A stretch of DNA of 64,000 bases from Octopus sinensis. Its lineage: Eukaryota. Position 1 is the stretch's first letter. Each line of letters starts with the position of its first letter. Of the stretch, positions 39,834-52,080 are shown one piece after another. The notes below the pieces were generated by a model. The model was not told the origin of the DNA. It searched no databases and saw only the letters and a list, made by a program, of their open reading frames with translations. The stretch covers positions 1,674,001 through 1,738,000 of the forward strand of contig NC_043022.1 of assembly GCF_006345805.1 (NCBI RefSeq), written 5' to 3'. Both the position numbers and the translations under genes were made by a program.

Positions 39834-40366
39834 TTATATATTTAATTTTTTTTTTTAATAATTTTTTTTTAAACATTTGTCTACTTATTAGCGAAGTCTC
39901 ATAAAATAATTTGGTTTTAATCTTGGAATTAAATGGGTTTTGATTTACTGTCAGGAGACTTTTGCCCAACCTTGTATGCAAGTGTGTGTGTATATATTTA
40001 TAATCTGGTTATTTTCATTTTATTTTCATTCTTCGGTTCACACACAAAGTTTATTTAGTGTAGCGGTAAAAATTAGTGGATAAGGTTGGTCAATGCCCTG
40101 CCACCAAAACAAGTGAAATTTCGCCAATAGCTGCCTTCTCAATTGCTGACGTTTTCCACATAGATAAAATAATGAATATCATTGTTAATTAACACAACCA
40201 CACTTTGTTGTGGTTCTTTCTTTCTGATGGAAAACAAATCTATTAAAAGATGTGCTTTAAATTCTTCAACAACAAAATCAAATACATGTACACACTCATG
40301 CACATACAGCCAAGTTGGAGCTTGTAAAACGGTCATCTTCATTCTAAGCGTCTTCTGTTATAGTAT

Positions 40367-40763
40367 ATTCTTTTACTCTTTTACTTGTTTCAGTCATTTG
40401 ATTGCAGCCATGCTGGAGCACCGCCTTTAGTTGAGCAAACTGACCCGACGACTTATTCTTTGTAAGCCTAGTACTATCGGCCTCTTTTGCCGAGCCGCTA
40501 AGTTATAGGGACGTAAACACACCAGCATCGGTTGTCAAGCGATGTTGGGCAGACAAACACAGACACTCAAATGTATACACACACATGCATATATATATTC
40601 ACGACAGGCTTCTTTCAGTTTCCGTCTATCAAATCCACTCACAAGGCTTTGGTCTGCCTGAGGATATAGTAGAAGACACTTGCCCAAAGTGCCACGCAGT
40701 GGGACTGAACCTAGAACCATGTGGTTGGTAAGCAAGCTACTTACCACACAGCCACTCCTACGC

Positions 40764-40765
<2 letters not shown>
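40367..40765 (-). mobile_element. SINE family A, full length
   Basis: Reverse complement of family A. Confidence 0.9.
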
Positions 40766-40812
<47 letters not shown>

Positions 40813-40961
40813 CATACATACATACATACACACACACGCGCGCGCATATTCTAATCTGGTTATTTTCACTTGACTGAACGGTCATTCTTGGTTCGAACTC
40901 AAACTATATATGAGAAACGAGATGATAAAGAAATAAAATGATTATCTTATGCACTTTATTA

Positions 40962-41040
40962 GCTTACAGCTGTTTCTACTATAAGATGTGGTGGATTCAT
41001 AGTTGAGTGCCTGAGTAATGCCTTATAGCTTCATCAGAGC
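40962..41040 (-). ncRNA. Type I hammerhead ribozyme motif with a long stem II loop
   Basis: Minus: gct CTGATGA a gctataag ...loop... cttatagt a GAA ACAGCTGT A agc. Palindromic stem III, GUA triplet, stem I only 3 bp. Confidence 0.7.
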
Positions 41041-42199
41041 ATCAATCATGAAGTTATCACAATACCTAAACAAAATAGTAAAACGCACACACATAATATA
41101 TAAGCAAATTAAAAAATGTATTAGGTTTAAAATATATTTTTAAAAATGGGGGGGGGTACATGCTTCAAGTGCGACTCTTCATCAGAAAGAGGAAAGGTTC
41201 AGAAAGAATGAAAAGAATAGTATGTATGTGGTTTGGTGGGGGATAGAAATATGAAATAATATCTCAACTTAAAATTTATGAAAAAGAAGTAATTTTCAAC
41301 TTTTTCTTCTTTTTAATAAAACAGAAATTACATTTGACAAAAAAAAAAAAGAAGAAAAGAAAAAAAAAAAGGGAAGTTCCATATCATTTCCTTACTCCAC
41401 CCTGGGGACTTGTTTATTTTGTAAGAAGAGACAGCAGGGTAATGGCAATGGTGTATGAGGAGGGCACGACTGATTCCAGAGAGATCTTGATGGTTAATAT
41501 TCAGTATGTGCTACTTCCAAGAATCAACAGTAAAAACGCATGAAGAAATGGTTTCCAGAATTCACTAAAATGACATGATGAACCTCGTTAATGGAGAAAC
41601 CAAACCTGACTCAATGTGTGTGTGTGTGGGTGATCATTTTGATACCCCCTTTTCCAAAGCTTGCATAGGGTTGAGGCAGATTTTCTCCAAGGCTGAGTGC
41701 TCTTCCCGTCACCAACCCTCACCTATTGCCAAGCAAGTTTAATACCCCCCCATTCATGGCCAGACATATTCTCACAGTATATTGTTATGCAGTGACAATC
41801 ATTTACAATTTATCACAGGCTGTCAAAACCAAGGACACACAGACACACACACATACTATATGAAATTAAATAAACCACTAAAGAACAGAAAATTATGCAA
41901 CAAGCTTCGTTAGCTTACAACCATTCATTGCATGATTTCCGGCTGCCTTGTCATCTATTTAATTGCACATGCCCTGCACTCAACTCATAATTTATTCTGA
42001 AGCATATGTGTATATAGAGTGCTAGCATCATCATCGTTTAACATCCGCTTTCCAGGCTAGCATGGATTGGACGATTTGACTGAGGACTGGTGAACCAGAT
42101 GGCTGCACCAGGCTCCAATCTGATTCGACAGAGTTTCTACAGCTGGACGTCCTTCCTAACGCCAACCACTCACTCAAGCAAAACATAATACATACAAAA

Positions 42200-42657
42200 G
42201 GCGGCAAGCTGGCAAAAACGCTAGCATGCCGGGCGAAATGCTTAGCGGCATTTCGTCTGCCGTTATGTTCTGGTTCAAATTCCGCCGAGGTCGACTTTGC
42301 CTTTCATCCTTTCGGGGTTGATAAATTAAGTACCAGTTACACACTGGGGTTGATGTAATTGACTTAATACCTATTTCTTTATTACCCACAAGGGGCTAAA
42401 CACAGAGGGGACAAACAAGGACAGACATAGGTATTAAGTCGATTACATCGACCCCAGTGCGTAACTGGTACTTAATTTATCGACCCCGAAAGGATGAAAG
42501 GCAAAGTCGACCTCGGCGGAATTTGAACTCAGAACGTAACGGTAGATGAAATACCGCTAAGCATTTCGCCCAGCGTGCTAACGTTTCTGCCAGCTCGCCG
42601 CCTTAATACCTTGTTTGTCCCCTCTATGTTTAGCCCTTTGTGGGCAATAAAGAAATA
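42200..42657. mobile_element. SINE B (+) with a second SINE B inserted antisense inside it
   Basis: Outer TSD aacataata; inner copy ~42373-42602 flanked by ttaatacct. Confidence 0.9.
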
Positions 42658-42669
42658 ACATAATAAATA

Positions 42670-42828
42670 CATGATGGGTTTACTTCAGTTTGCATCTACC
42701 AAACCCGCACGCAAGGACATTGGTGAGCTCAAGGCAATAGAAGACACTTGCCCAAGGTGGCATGTAGTGGGACTGAACTCAGAAACATGTGGTTAGGAAG
42801 CAGACCTTTTACCACACAACCACACCTG
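42670..42828 (-). mobile_element. SINE family A, 5' half, diverged
   Basis: agaagacacttgcccaagg...gggactgaac. Confidence 0.7.
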
Positions 42829-43109
42829 ATTGTGCACTCGCTTGCAAGAGTAAGTCTGTCCAAGTGCACATGTGTGTCAGTGCATCGTTTAGCCTTGGCT
42901 AAGCCAGTCTATATTCAAAAGCATTCCACCCACGACCACCTTTTTCTTTTTCTTTCGTTCCTTCCAGACATAGTTTACCTTGGACTACATTATCAAATCT
43001 GTCCTTTATGAAACGGATGGCAAGATATGGTTCAAGGGAGATTCGACTGCTATTTCTAGCAGGTTGAGCAACAACACAAAGGTTCCTCCTGCTATTCATG
43101 AATGTAAGA

Positions 43110-43175
43110 ATACACACACACACACATATATATACACACACACACACATATATATATATACACACACACACACAC

Positions 43176-43218
<43 letters not shown>

Positions 43219-43406
43219 CACACACACACACATATATATACACACACACACACATATATATATACACACACACACACATACATATATACACACACACACC
43301 ACATACATATATACACACACACACACATACATATATACACACCACACACACACATATATACACACACACACACACATATATACACACACACCACACACAC
43401 ATATAT

Positions 43407-43443
<37 letters not shown>

Positions 43444-43592
43444 CACATATATATACACACACACACACATATATATATACACACACACACATATATATAT
43501 ACATACATACACATATATATATACACACACACACACATATATATACACACACACACACATATATATATATACACACACACACATATATATAT

Positions 43593-43623
<31 letters not shown>

Positions 43624-43745
43624 TATATACACACACACACATATATACACACACACACATATACACACACACATATACATACACACACACACACATATAT
43701 ATATACACACACACACACACATATATATACATATACACACACACA
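43110..43745. repeat. (CA)n(TA)m compound microsatellite
   Basis: Directly visible; similar array at 61290-61570. Confidence 0.95.
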
Positions 43746-44856
43746 GAGGATAGGTGTCAGTTCATACCCCCCCCCTGATGCCGACCATCACCTCCTGCAA
43801 CCTCCAAAGGCACAGAATTGTTTTGCTCCTGGTACAATAATTAATATTTCCACTGTAACGAGTAAGCAGAGTAAAAATAGCGTCAAGAGGGGCAGGGCGG
43901 GCGGGTGGGTGGGTGTGATTTACTAATTAATTTCTTCAGTAAGAAGAAACCAGTAAGCTACACTCACTCCTACCACGACCACCACCACTGCTGCAGCTAC
44001 TGCTCTGGTCTAGTGGTGGTGGTGGTGGGGGGGATGGGGTTACTGACAAATCTCCAGTTAAAAGGAGGGTGGTGGGGTTGGGGGTTGGGGGGTGAGGCAG
44101 ACAGAAGAAGGAAAAGAGGAAAACACATTTGTTCCACTTTGGTGAAATAAAGTTGAGATTTTGAGATATGGATTAAAAAAAAAAAAAACTAAAAAAAAAC
44201 TGAGGAAAGAAATAAAAAATGGTAACTAACTTAGGTACCGGAGAAAGGAGAAAGTTCCCATAACTTTTGAGAGAGAGAGAGAGAGAGAAAGAGAAATAAG
44301 ATAGAGGAAGGAGAAAGGAAAGGAAGAAAGAGAGAGAGAGTATAAAGAAAACAAAGAGATAAAGGGAAAGATGAAAAAAGCAGAAAACGAATGACACACG
44401 AGAGAAAGCAAAAGAGAAAGATATAAAAGATAGAGAGAGAGGGGGGAGATAGAGAGGGAGAGAGAGGAAGATAGAGAGTGAGAGGAGATAGAAAGAGAGA
44501 GAGGGGAGGAGAAAGAGAGAGAGAGAGGGAGGGAGGGAGAGAGAGTCCTTGGTGTGTAAGGTGTTTAGCGCTGGCTTTGAAAGGTTGTGTTTGTGTAGAG
44601 TAATGGATGTAGGGCAAGTCAATGTAGCAGAACTCATTTGTGAGGAACATAATTGAAGAATTGTGAGAACCAAGGCCATAAATAAGCAATGGGAAGGGTA
44701 GGGGTGGGGGGTTGTATTAGCAGGGTAGTGCTGGGGTGGGGGTGGGGAGCTTATGGACAATCTTTAAATCTACAACAAAATCCGGTGCAGATTCTTTGGT
44801 ACCATTTCACAGTTATTCACTCTTGGAATAAAAAGAAAAATAAGTTTTTCAAGCAC

Positions 44857-45185
44857 AGCTGTGTTGGTAAGAAGCTTGCTTCCCTGTCACATGGTTCCGG
44901 GTTCAGTCCCACAGCGTGGCACCTTGGACAAGTGTCTTCTACTATAGCCTAAAGCTAACCAAAGCCTTGTGAGTGGATTCGGTAAATGGAAACTGAAAGA
45001 AGCTCTCGTGTGTGTGTGGCAACTAATGTTGGTTTATGGATGTTCTTGTAACTTAGCAACTCAACAAAAGACAACCTATAGAATCGGTACCAGGCTTGAA
45101 GTAAGAACTGGGGTTGATTCATTTGACTAAAAATTCAAGGCTGTGCCCCAGAATGGCCACAGTCTCATGACTTAAACCAGCAAAA
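44857..45185 (+). mobile_element. SINE family A, diverged
   Basis: Head and tail recognisable. Confidence 0.8.
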
Positions 45186-45583
45186 AAATAAGTTTTTCAA
45201 GTCACAATACTGATAATATCAAGTCAACAAGGATATTTCTTATGTTGGTGCTTTTGAAGACCATTTTTTTTTTTTTGCTTCTCTTGTGGAACCCTTGAAA
45301 TACCTTGCATGACCCAAGGAAACCCCTACAAAGAAACTATTATACAGTGTTATTAATCTGTTTCTCTGCTTTGTGATTTGTTTAATCTTTTCTAACAATC
45401 CTAGAAAGGTTTGGATTGGGTTAAATCCATGAGATAACAAAAAGCAGGTTCACTCACAAACTCCCTTACAATTTAAAAAAAAGGATTTCTTTGTTAATGA
45501 TGGGCTTTCACCAGAGGAGATCCTCTTGTTACCAGATTTCTGTTGGAATACTCTGCCTTTGTTTCAATATTGAAACTAGTGAA

Positions 45584-45742
45584 GGTGCAGGCATGGCTGT
45601 GTGGTAAGAAGCTTGCTCTCCAACCACACGGTTCCAAGTTCAGTCCCACTGCATGGCACCTTGGGCAAGTGTCTTCTACTAGAACCTCAGGCTAACCAAA
45701 GCCTTGTGAGTGGATTTGGTAGATGGAAACTGAAAGAAGCCC

Positions 45743-45779
<37 letters not shown>

Positions 45780-45935
45780 CCCCAACCACTGTTTGACAAC
45801 TGGTTTTAGTGTTTACATCCCTGAAACAGTGGTTTGGTAAAAAGTCCCAGGCTCCATTTGTTTGACTAAAGCAATTCAAGGCGGTGCCCCAGCATGGCCA
45901 CAGTTAACTGACAGAAACAAGTAAAAGATGGAAGA
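45584..45935 (+). mobile_element. SINE family A, internal deletion
   Basis: Head and tail recognisable. Confidence 0.8.
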
Positions 45936-46734
45936 TAAAGAATTTAGCAAAATAACTCATTGTTAAAATGGTGTTTAGCAGCATTTTTGCTCATCTATAT
46001 GCTCTGCGTTTAAATTCTGTCGAGGTGGACTTTGCCTTTCATCTTTTCTGGGGTCGATAAAACTAGTGACAGTTGAGTAGTGGAAGTGGATGGAGGTGGG
46101 TGTCGATATAATCGACAACACCCACCTCCACCGAAATTGCTGGCCTTGTGCCAAATAATTTCAAACTGCTATTTAAAATGGTGCCTGAAACAGAATTAAC
46201 TTGAAATTTCGAAGGAAGGTTTTAATTAAGAAACTTAAAAACAGGAAGTTTTTTGTATCACTGAACCAGGAGCAGCATGTGGCCCGGTGCTGCTCCTGGT
46301 TCTTTGAGAAGAGCTAAGAAGGGTGTGGTGCAACGATGCTTTGTAGAAACACATGCAAGGTCTATGTTTCCTTGCTGCTGAAAAGAGAGACACGACTGGC
46401 AAGGGGCCCCCACCGGAGGATGCTTTTGAGGTTTATTTTTGAGGGAGCCAGTTAGGGTTTGGTATGCACACGCACACACACGGTTGCAAGTGAATGATGC
46501 ATGGTTGGGGAATGTCAGAGAGGAACGAAGGGTGGCGAGATAGGGTGTTGCTGGATGGGTGAAGTACTGCATAGAGGCAGGAGTACATATGCACTACAAG
46601 GGAATATGTGTGTGTGTGTGTGTGTAGCTCAGAGTGGCTGATTGCGTGTGACTGAGTCACTGGTATACCTATCCCAATTTGCTATCTCATCATATGTATA
46701 TAAGTTCTACGGATATACAGTTACATATATACAC

Positions 46735-46950
46735 ACACACGATTACAAATATATACACACACATAATTACATACATATACACACAGACACACGATTACAT
46801 ATACACAGACACACGATTACATATATATACACACACACGATTACATACACACACACACACGATTACTTATACACACACACACAAGATTACATATACACAG
46901 GCACACACAATTACATATACACACGACTACATACACACACACACACACAT
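46735..46950. repeat. ~20-bp minisatellite acacacacgattacatat
   Basis: Directly visible. Confidence 0.85.
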
Positions 46951-47433
46951 TATGTAAGTGAAACAGAAAAAGCAACTCCACTTCCAGAATCCAGAAGCAA
47001 CTCTGATTAAGTGTAAGACAATCTCAGAGAGAATCCTCTTGATTCAAAACAAATATTTGCCTGTGTGTGTGCATTCGTGTGTGTGTTCTGTATTTGTGTT
47101 CCTAAAATAACTCGGGCAAAATAAATCACACACGACAATAATTAATATAGCAATTATGAGGTTTAATGAATCAACATAAGATTATTTTGTTATTCACTTA
47201 TGAAAATAAAAGAGAAAAAAGATGGCAGAGTTGAACCTCAATTGTTGCCTGCCTGGTTGAATGCCACACAGTACGCTGTGTCGTATGGCATTGGATACAA
47301 GCATTTTGCTTCTGTCCTCAACAATCCCAGATCAAATCTAGTCAGAGTTGAATTGACCCTTAACCTTTTGCCGGCATTCATCATCATCATCGTTTAGTGT
47401 CCTCTTTCCATGCTGGCATGGGTTGGATGGTTT

Positions 47434-47774
47434 AGTTAGTTAGTTAGTTAATTTGGCTCAAAAGCAAAAAGCAAGGCCATGTAGGGGGACATGGAGTTAA
47501 GTACAGGGTGGTGTTCATGTAAAGAGTTCAGGCCACTTGAGGTCAAGGGAGACTTTGAACAAAGCGGTCGTCGGCATCTTCACCATCTCGTCCAGCAGCT
47601 TATTCCACGGATCCGCAACCCGGACGGAGAAAGCTCCTCTCCTTCGATTGAGATGAAATCGTCGCAGGTAGAGCTTTTCGGAATGACCCCGCAGCCGACG
47701 CTCTGGAGCAGGAGTGAAGAACAGCTCTTTCGAGAGGTTACACTTTCCGCTTATGATGTTGTGAGCGAGAAGGA
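47434..47774 (-). mobile_element. CR1/L2-clade LINE 3' end, 5' truncated, with (TAAC)n tail
   Basis: LAHNIISGKCNLSKELFFT...RRLRGHSEKLYLRRFHLNRRRGAFSVRVADPWNKL...LDLKWPELFT* matches the CR1 RGH..KL...FS.RV...WN.L motif. Short 3' UTR; gttt at both junctions. Confidence 0.85.
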
Positions 47775-47849
47775 GTTTGACAAGGAGCTGGCTGGCAGGG
47801 GCCGGGGGTGTCCAGACTCCAACTGTCTGTTGTGGCTTGGTTTCTACTA

Positions 47850-48112
47850 AAGGCACAAGGCCTGAAAATTGGGGGGGGGGCAAGGGGTGGCTAGTTGATT
47901 ACGTCACCCCAAGTGTTTCACCGTTAATTAATTTATCGAAAGGTGACTGCCTCCCACCTCCCCCAAAATTTCAGGCCTTGTGCCTAGAGTAGAAAAGGCA
48001 CTTAATTTATCAACCCCAAAAGGATGGAAGGCAAAGTTGACTTTGGTGGAATTTGAACTCAGAACGCAAAGACAGCCGAAATGCTGCTAAACATTTTGCC
48101 AGCTCACTGCCT
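47850..48112 (-). mobile_element. SINE family B older tail, with duplicated tail segment
   Basis: Reverse complement head near 48000-48112; aggccttgtgcct tail present in both orientations (47833-47850, 47970-47995). Confidence 0.65.
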
Positions 48113-48399
48113 TAATAATAATAATAATAATAAAAGATAACTCTTTAAATACACAATCCTAGAAAAGTAGGGTTAAGTTTCTTGCCCAGAGATTTGAAAA
48201 GAAAAAAAAGCCTGAAAACCCAGCCACAACAGTTGTGTGAAAAATCTGTCAGTGGAACCACGAGGAAATGTGTGAAACGAGGGTAACAACAGAGACAGGG
48301 GACTGGGCAACGGTTGGTTCACATAGTCTTTTGAAAAATGAGCAAGGGCAGGAAGGAAGTGTGACGAAATGAGGGGTGCTTAAACTGAATTAACCGACA

Positions 48400-48800
48400 A
48401 TTAGAGACACATACAAAATGCCAGTCGCATCACCAGCCACCACCATCATCATCATCATCTCCATCACAAACAACCTAGTTGGTGCGGTTAAAGGAACGAA
48501 CTAAAAGCCGGTTGCTGTGCAGATCACCGACCATAAAGACCTCATCATTGACAGTGAGTCGGGGCAAGGAGGGTGGGGTGGGTCGCAGACGTATGAGGGT
48601 GGGTGGGTCAGGGGTGGAGAGGACCGGAACGGAACTCAGAAGCAGAGAAGGAAGTATCATCGGCTGCTCCTCGCTAACAGCGCACTGTGTCACTGTTCCA
48701 CAACCTATGGCGGGAGTAGGTGCTCATGGTATTTAAATGGGAGACACTATCACTATACTACAGGGGTCACGCAATGGGGGTAGAGGTGGGGGCGAAGAGA
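48400..48800. promoter_or_regulatory. GC/CpG-rich unique block, possible regulatory element or non-coding exon
   Basis: About 16 CpG in 400 bp by my count in an otherwise CpG-poor window; strong donor-like aca/GTGAGT at 48554. Confidence 0.3.
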
Positions 48801-49018
48801 GCTGACAGGGAGGAGAGGAAGAAGTTATGGCAATTATACTCCCACCCCACCACTGCCACCAAACATTCACTTTTTTCATTTTTTGGTTCCACCCTTTTGA
48901 TACCAGACCGCCTGAAGCTGTCCCTGGGTTTTCTAATACAAACTTTTGGTTTTTAAACTAAGCTAAATTAAAATCTCCCACCAAAATTTCATGGTAATTT
49001 TATGTATCAAATACCAGT

Positions 49019-49461
49019 TTAACCCTTTTGCATTCGGATTACCCTGTGAAATGTAACGTTTGTTTATTCACATTGTTTTAAAATTAATCATGCATTGTCT
49101 CATAAGCTCAACAGATTCAGTGATGCGTTGCTTAGTTTTAGAAAGACATTGTAAGGCAAGTGCGAGAGACAGGATCTGGCCAGTTTGAACAAAAAACAGA
49201 ATATCTGGGCAGAATTATGGCTAGTCTAACCCTGTAGCATTTTAGATTACTCTGTCAAACGTAATCCTTATTTATTCATTGTTTCAAATTAACCATGCAT
49301 CATCTTGTAGCTCCACAATTTCAATGATGTGATCGTTTAGTTTTATAATGACTTAATGACAATGTAGAGTAGGTGTGAGAGGCTGGATCTAGCCATTTTG
49401 AACATAAAATTGGTAGCATATTTGGGTTGGATATGGCTGGTCTAAACACTAAAAGGGTTAA
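49019..49461. mobile_element. Head-to-tail dimer of piggyBac-like MITE P1
   Basis: TTAA-ccctttt (49019), second unit ctaa-ccctgtagcatt (49226), ends aaaagggTTAA (49461). Confidence 0.8.
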
Positions 49462-49880
49462 TGAGTTATTTTTTTATCTTTTATAGTTTATTTGTTTCAT
49501 ACATTAGACTGCAGCCATGCTGGAGCACCACCCCTTCAATCAACCTCAGTGCTTTTTTCTTTTCCTTTTTAAATCCTGGTACTTGTTCTGTTGGTCTCTT
49601 TTTCCAAACCACCAAATTACATTTAACCGAATGAATTGACCAAGGACACACACAGTAAAAATATTGTATGGACCAATACATAAAATTAATTTTTTAAAAT
49701 TATTTTAAAACCAAACCCTTTCCTTTAGAATCCTGATTTATAATTAAAAATTAATTTGAAAAGCACTCATGAAAACGGGGACACTAAAGGGTTAACATCT
49801 ATGATGATGATCATCATCATCATTTAACATCCACCTTCCATGCTAGTCTGGGTAGGATGGTATATTTATGATATATAAAA

Positions 49881-50295
49881 GGCGGCAGGGAGCTGGCAGA
49901 AACGTTAGCACGCTGGGCGAAATGCTTAGCGGTATTACGTCTGCGTTACGTTGTGAGTTCAAATTCCGCCGAGGTCGACTTTGCCTTTCATCCTTTCGGG
50001 GTCAATAAATTAAGTACCAGTTACGCACTGGGGTCGATGTAATCGACTTAATACCTATGTCTGTCCTTGTTTGTCCCCTCTGTGTTTAGCCCCTTGTGGG
50101 TAATAAGAAATAGGTATTTCGTCTGCGTTACGTTGTGAGTTCAAATTCCGCCGAGGTCGACTTTGCCTTTCATCCTTTCGGGGTCGATAAATTAAGTACC
50201 AGTTACGCACTGGGGTCGATGTAATCGACTTAATACCTATGTCTGTCCTTGTTTGTCCCCTCTGTGTTTAGCCCCTTGTGGGTAATAAAGAAATA
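49881..50295 (+). mobile_element. Dimeric SINE family B with 19-bp TSD
   Basis: TSD ggtatatttatgatatata (49859-49877, 50296-50314); second unit 50113-50295 starts at ggtatttcgtc. Confidence 0.9.
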
Positions 50296-52080
50296 GGTAT
50301 ATTTATGATATATACATTATGTGTCTAGCATGGGTTGGATAGGTTTGTAATTATAAAGAATAGAGTGGCTGTTTATAGGTTTGAGGTTGTTCTGTCACTA
50401 TCTGACAGCCGGATGTGACAAAGGGTTGACGAAACTAAAGCAAGAGACTGCACTTGGAAAAAGCATCATTTCCGGTTTGTTCGTCAACGTTTAGTGATTA
50501 TAAATTGATACACACACACACACACACGTATGTGTGTATACAAAACACACCCATACACATACGGCATGTACATAAAGCAGGCTCCTAGACAGTGTAAATT
50601 CCACTCAAAGGCATTAGTCATCTTTTGGTACGTACATACACACACACATTATATGCAACAGGTTTCCGGACCGTTTACCGAAAATTCTATTCAGAAGGTA
50701 TTAGCCATCTTGATGGCAGCGATTGACCCCCACAATCACATGATCACAAAGCCAACTCCCCCCCCCCCCGACTTGTACCAATAATATCAAATTATCCTTT
50801 TTCAGGATCAGGTACCATTTTCTCTGAGCCCCCTTGTGTAAGGAATATTTTTTCATTGAGTGGGGAGATCAATGAGAAGTCTGTAAAACACAGTTTCAAA
50901 TTGTTGAGATAAAACAGGAACTGCAGACACAGAGGACCCGATTCAAACAGAGGACCTTAACCACTTTATCACAACAGTTCCCAATCATTTCAACTATTAA
51001 GCACCCATTTTATGTAGGCCTTCAGCGTTTAAACTGGTCACATCCAGCCCAAATATACTATCTATTTTGCATTCAAACTTCTTAACCACACAGCCATGCT
51101 AACCCCACCACCATTACCTCTATCAAAGCTACAGCTGGTTGCATTAGGCCTTCCTCTCTGCTATTTTCGGCAGCACTTATTCTCCCTGGGTAGTACTTAC
51201 CCCCCCCCCCCAACCCACCTCCACCCCAGGAGGTTACAAAAAGCCTGTATTTTTTTTATCTCATGTCTAATCTCCAGAATTGTGTTGCAAACGAAATCTT
51301 CTGAGATCAGCAGACAGAAATAAGGGGAGGGGAATAGAAGTTGGCTGGGGATGGGTGGGTGTGTGTGTGTGTGTCTGTCTGTGTGTCTCAATGTTAGTTG
51401 CTGATTGCTTTGACAATGTTTTGAGCAGAAAAACAGCAAACAACAAAAATAAACAGAGCACAGAAAACACAGGAAGGTCACAAAAAAAAAGCAAAAAAAA
51501 AAAAAAAACCCAAAAATCCAACCAACAAAACATTATTAGCTGACAACCAATTCTTTACCAGTAAAGAATACTAAATATAAAAATATATATATAAATAAAA
51601 AAAAAACACACAGGCACATAAAAAACCCAAAAGGGAGACATTTCCTTGCCAAGATTTCTCAGCAGATAAAGAAGATTATGTTTTTAAACATTTTTTTCCT
51701 ATGTATTTTCTCATTGTTGCATCTACTTTCCTGACCTGCTTCTCTTTATGGTTTGTCTGAAAGAATTGTGTCTGTCTGTCTGTCCATCTCTCTCTCTTGT
51801 CTTTACAAAAATCACAATTCTCCAATTTCAACAATTTACTTCTTCACCTCCAACAACAAACAAGGCATGTATTACACAGTGAAGGAAGGACAACTGAAAA
51901 CACCACCACCACTACCACCAGCAGGGCCTCTACTAATGTACACCATATGTCTTGGGGTGTTTTGTGCAGTGAGAAGAGAATGGAAGAACAAAGCTAATTC
52001 ACAGCCCACTTTTTGCCTAGTTGATTCACATTTTATACCAACTGATCTATTACTATTATTATTATTGTTATTATTATTAT

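Noticed and set aside
42968-43103. Candidate exon with a strong pyrimidine tract and GTAAGA donor
   Set aside because: All frames from the best acceptor hit stops, and the body (gagattcgactgctatttctagcagg) belongs to a decayed repeat also seen near 18140, 21905, 35360 and 54525.
42899-43778. Five 214-281-aa ORFs on both strands
   Set aside because: (CA)n(TA)m microsatellite. The same applies to 61132-61616 and 61657-62340.
43890-44100. G-quadruplex-capable G-runs (also 44690-44750, 62395-62420)
   Set aside because: Common low-complexity feature; nothing ties them to a function here.
50391-50490. Two adjacent hairpins (tgtcac..gtgaca; gttgacgaa..ttcgtcaac) with a GAAAC
   Set aside because: The core reads CTGACAG rather than CTGANGA and the geometry does not fit a hammerhead; stems are too interrupted for a pre-miRNA.
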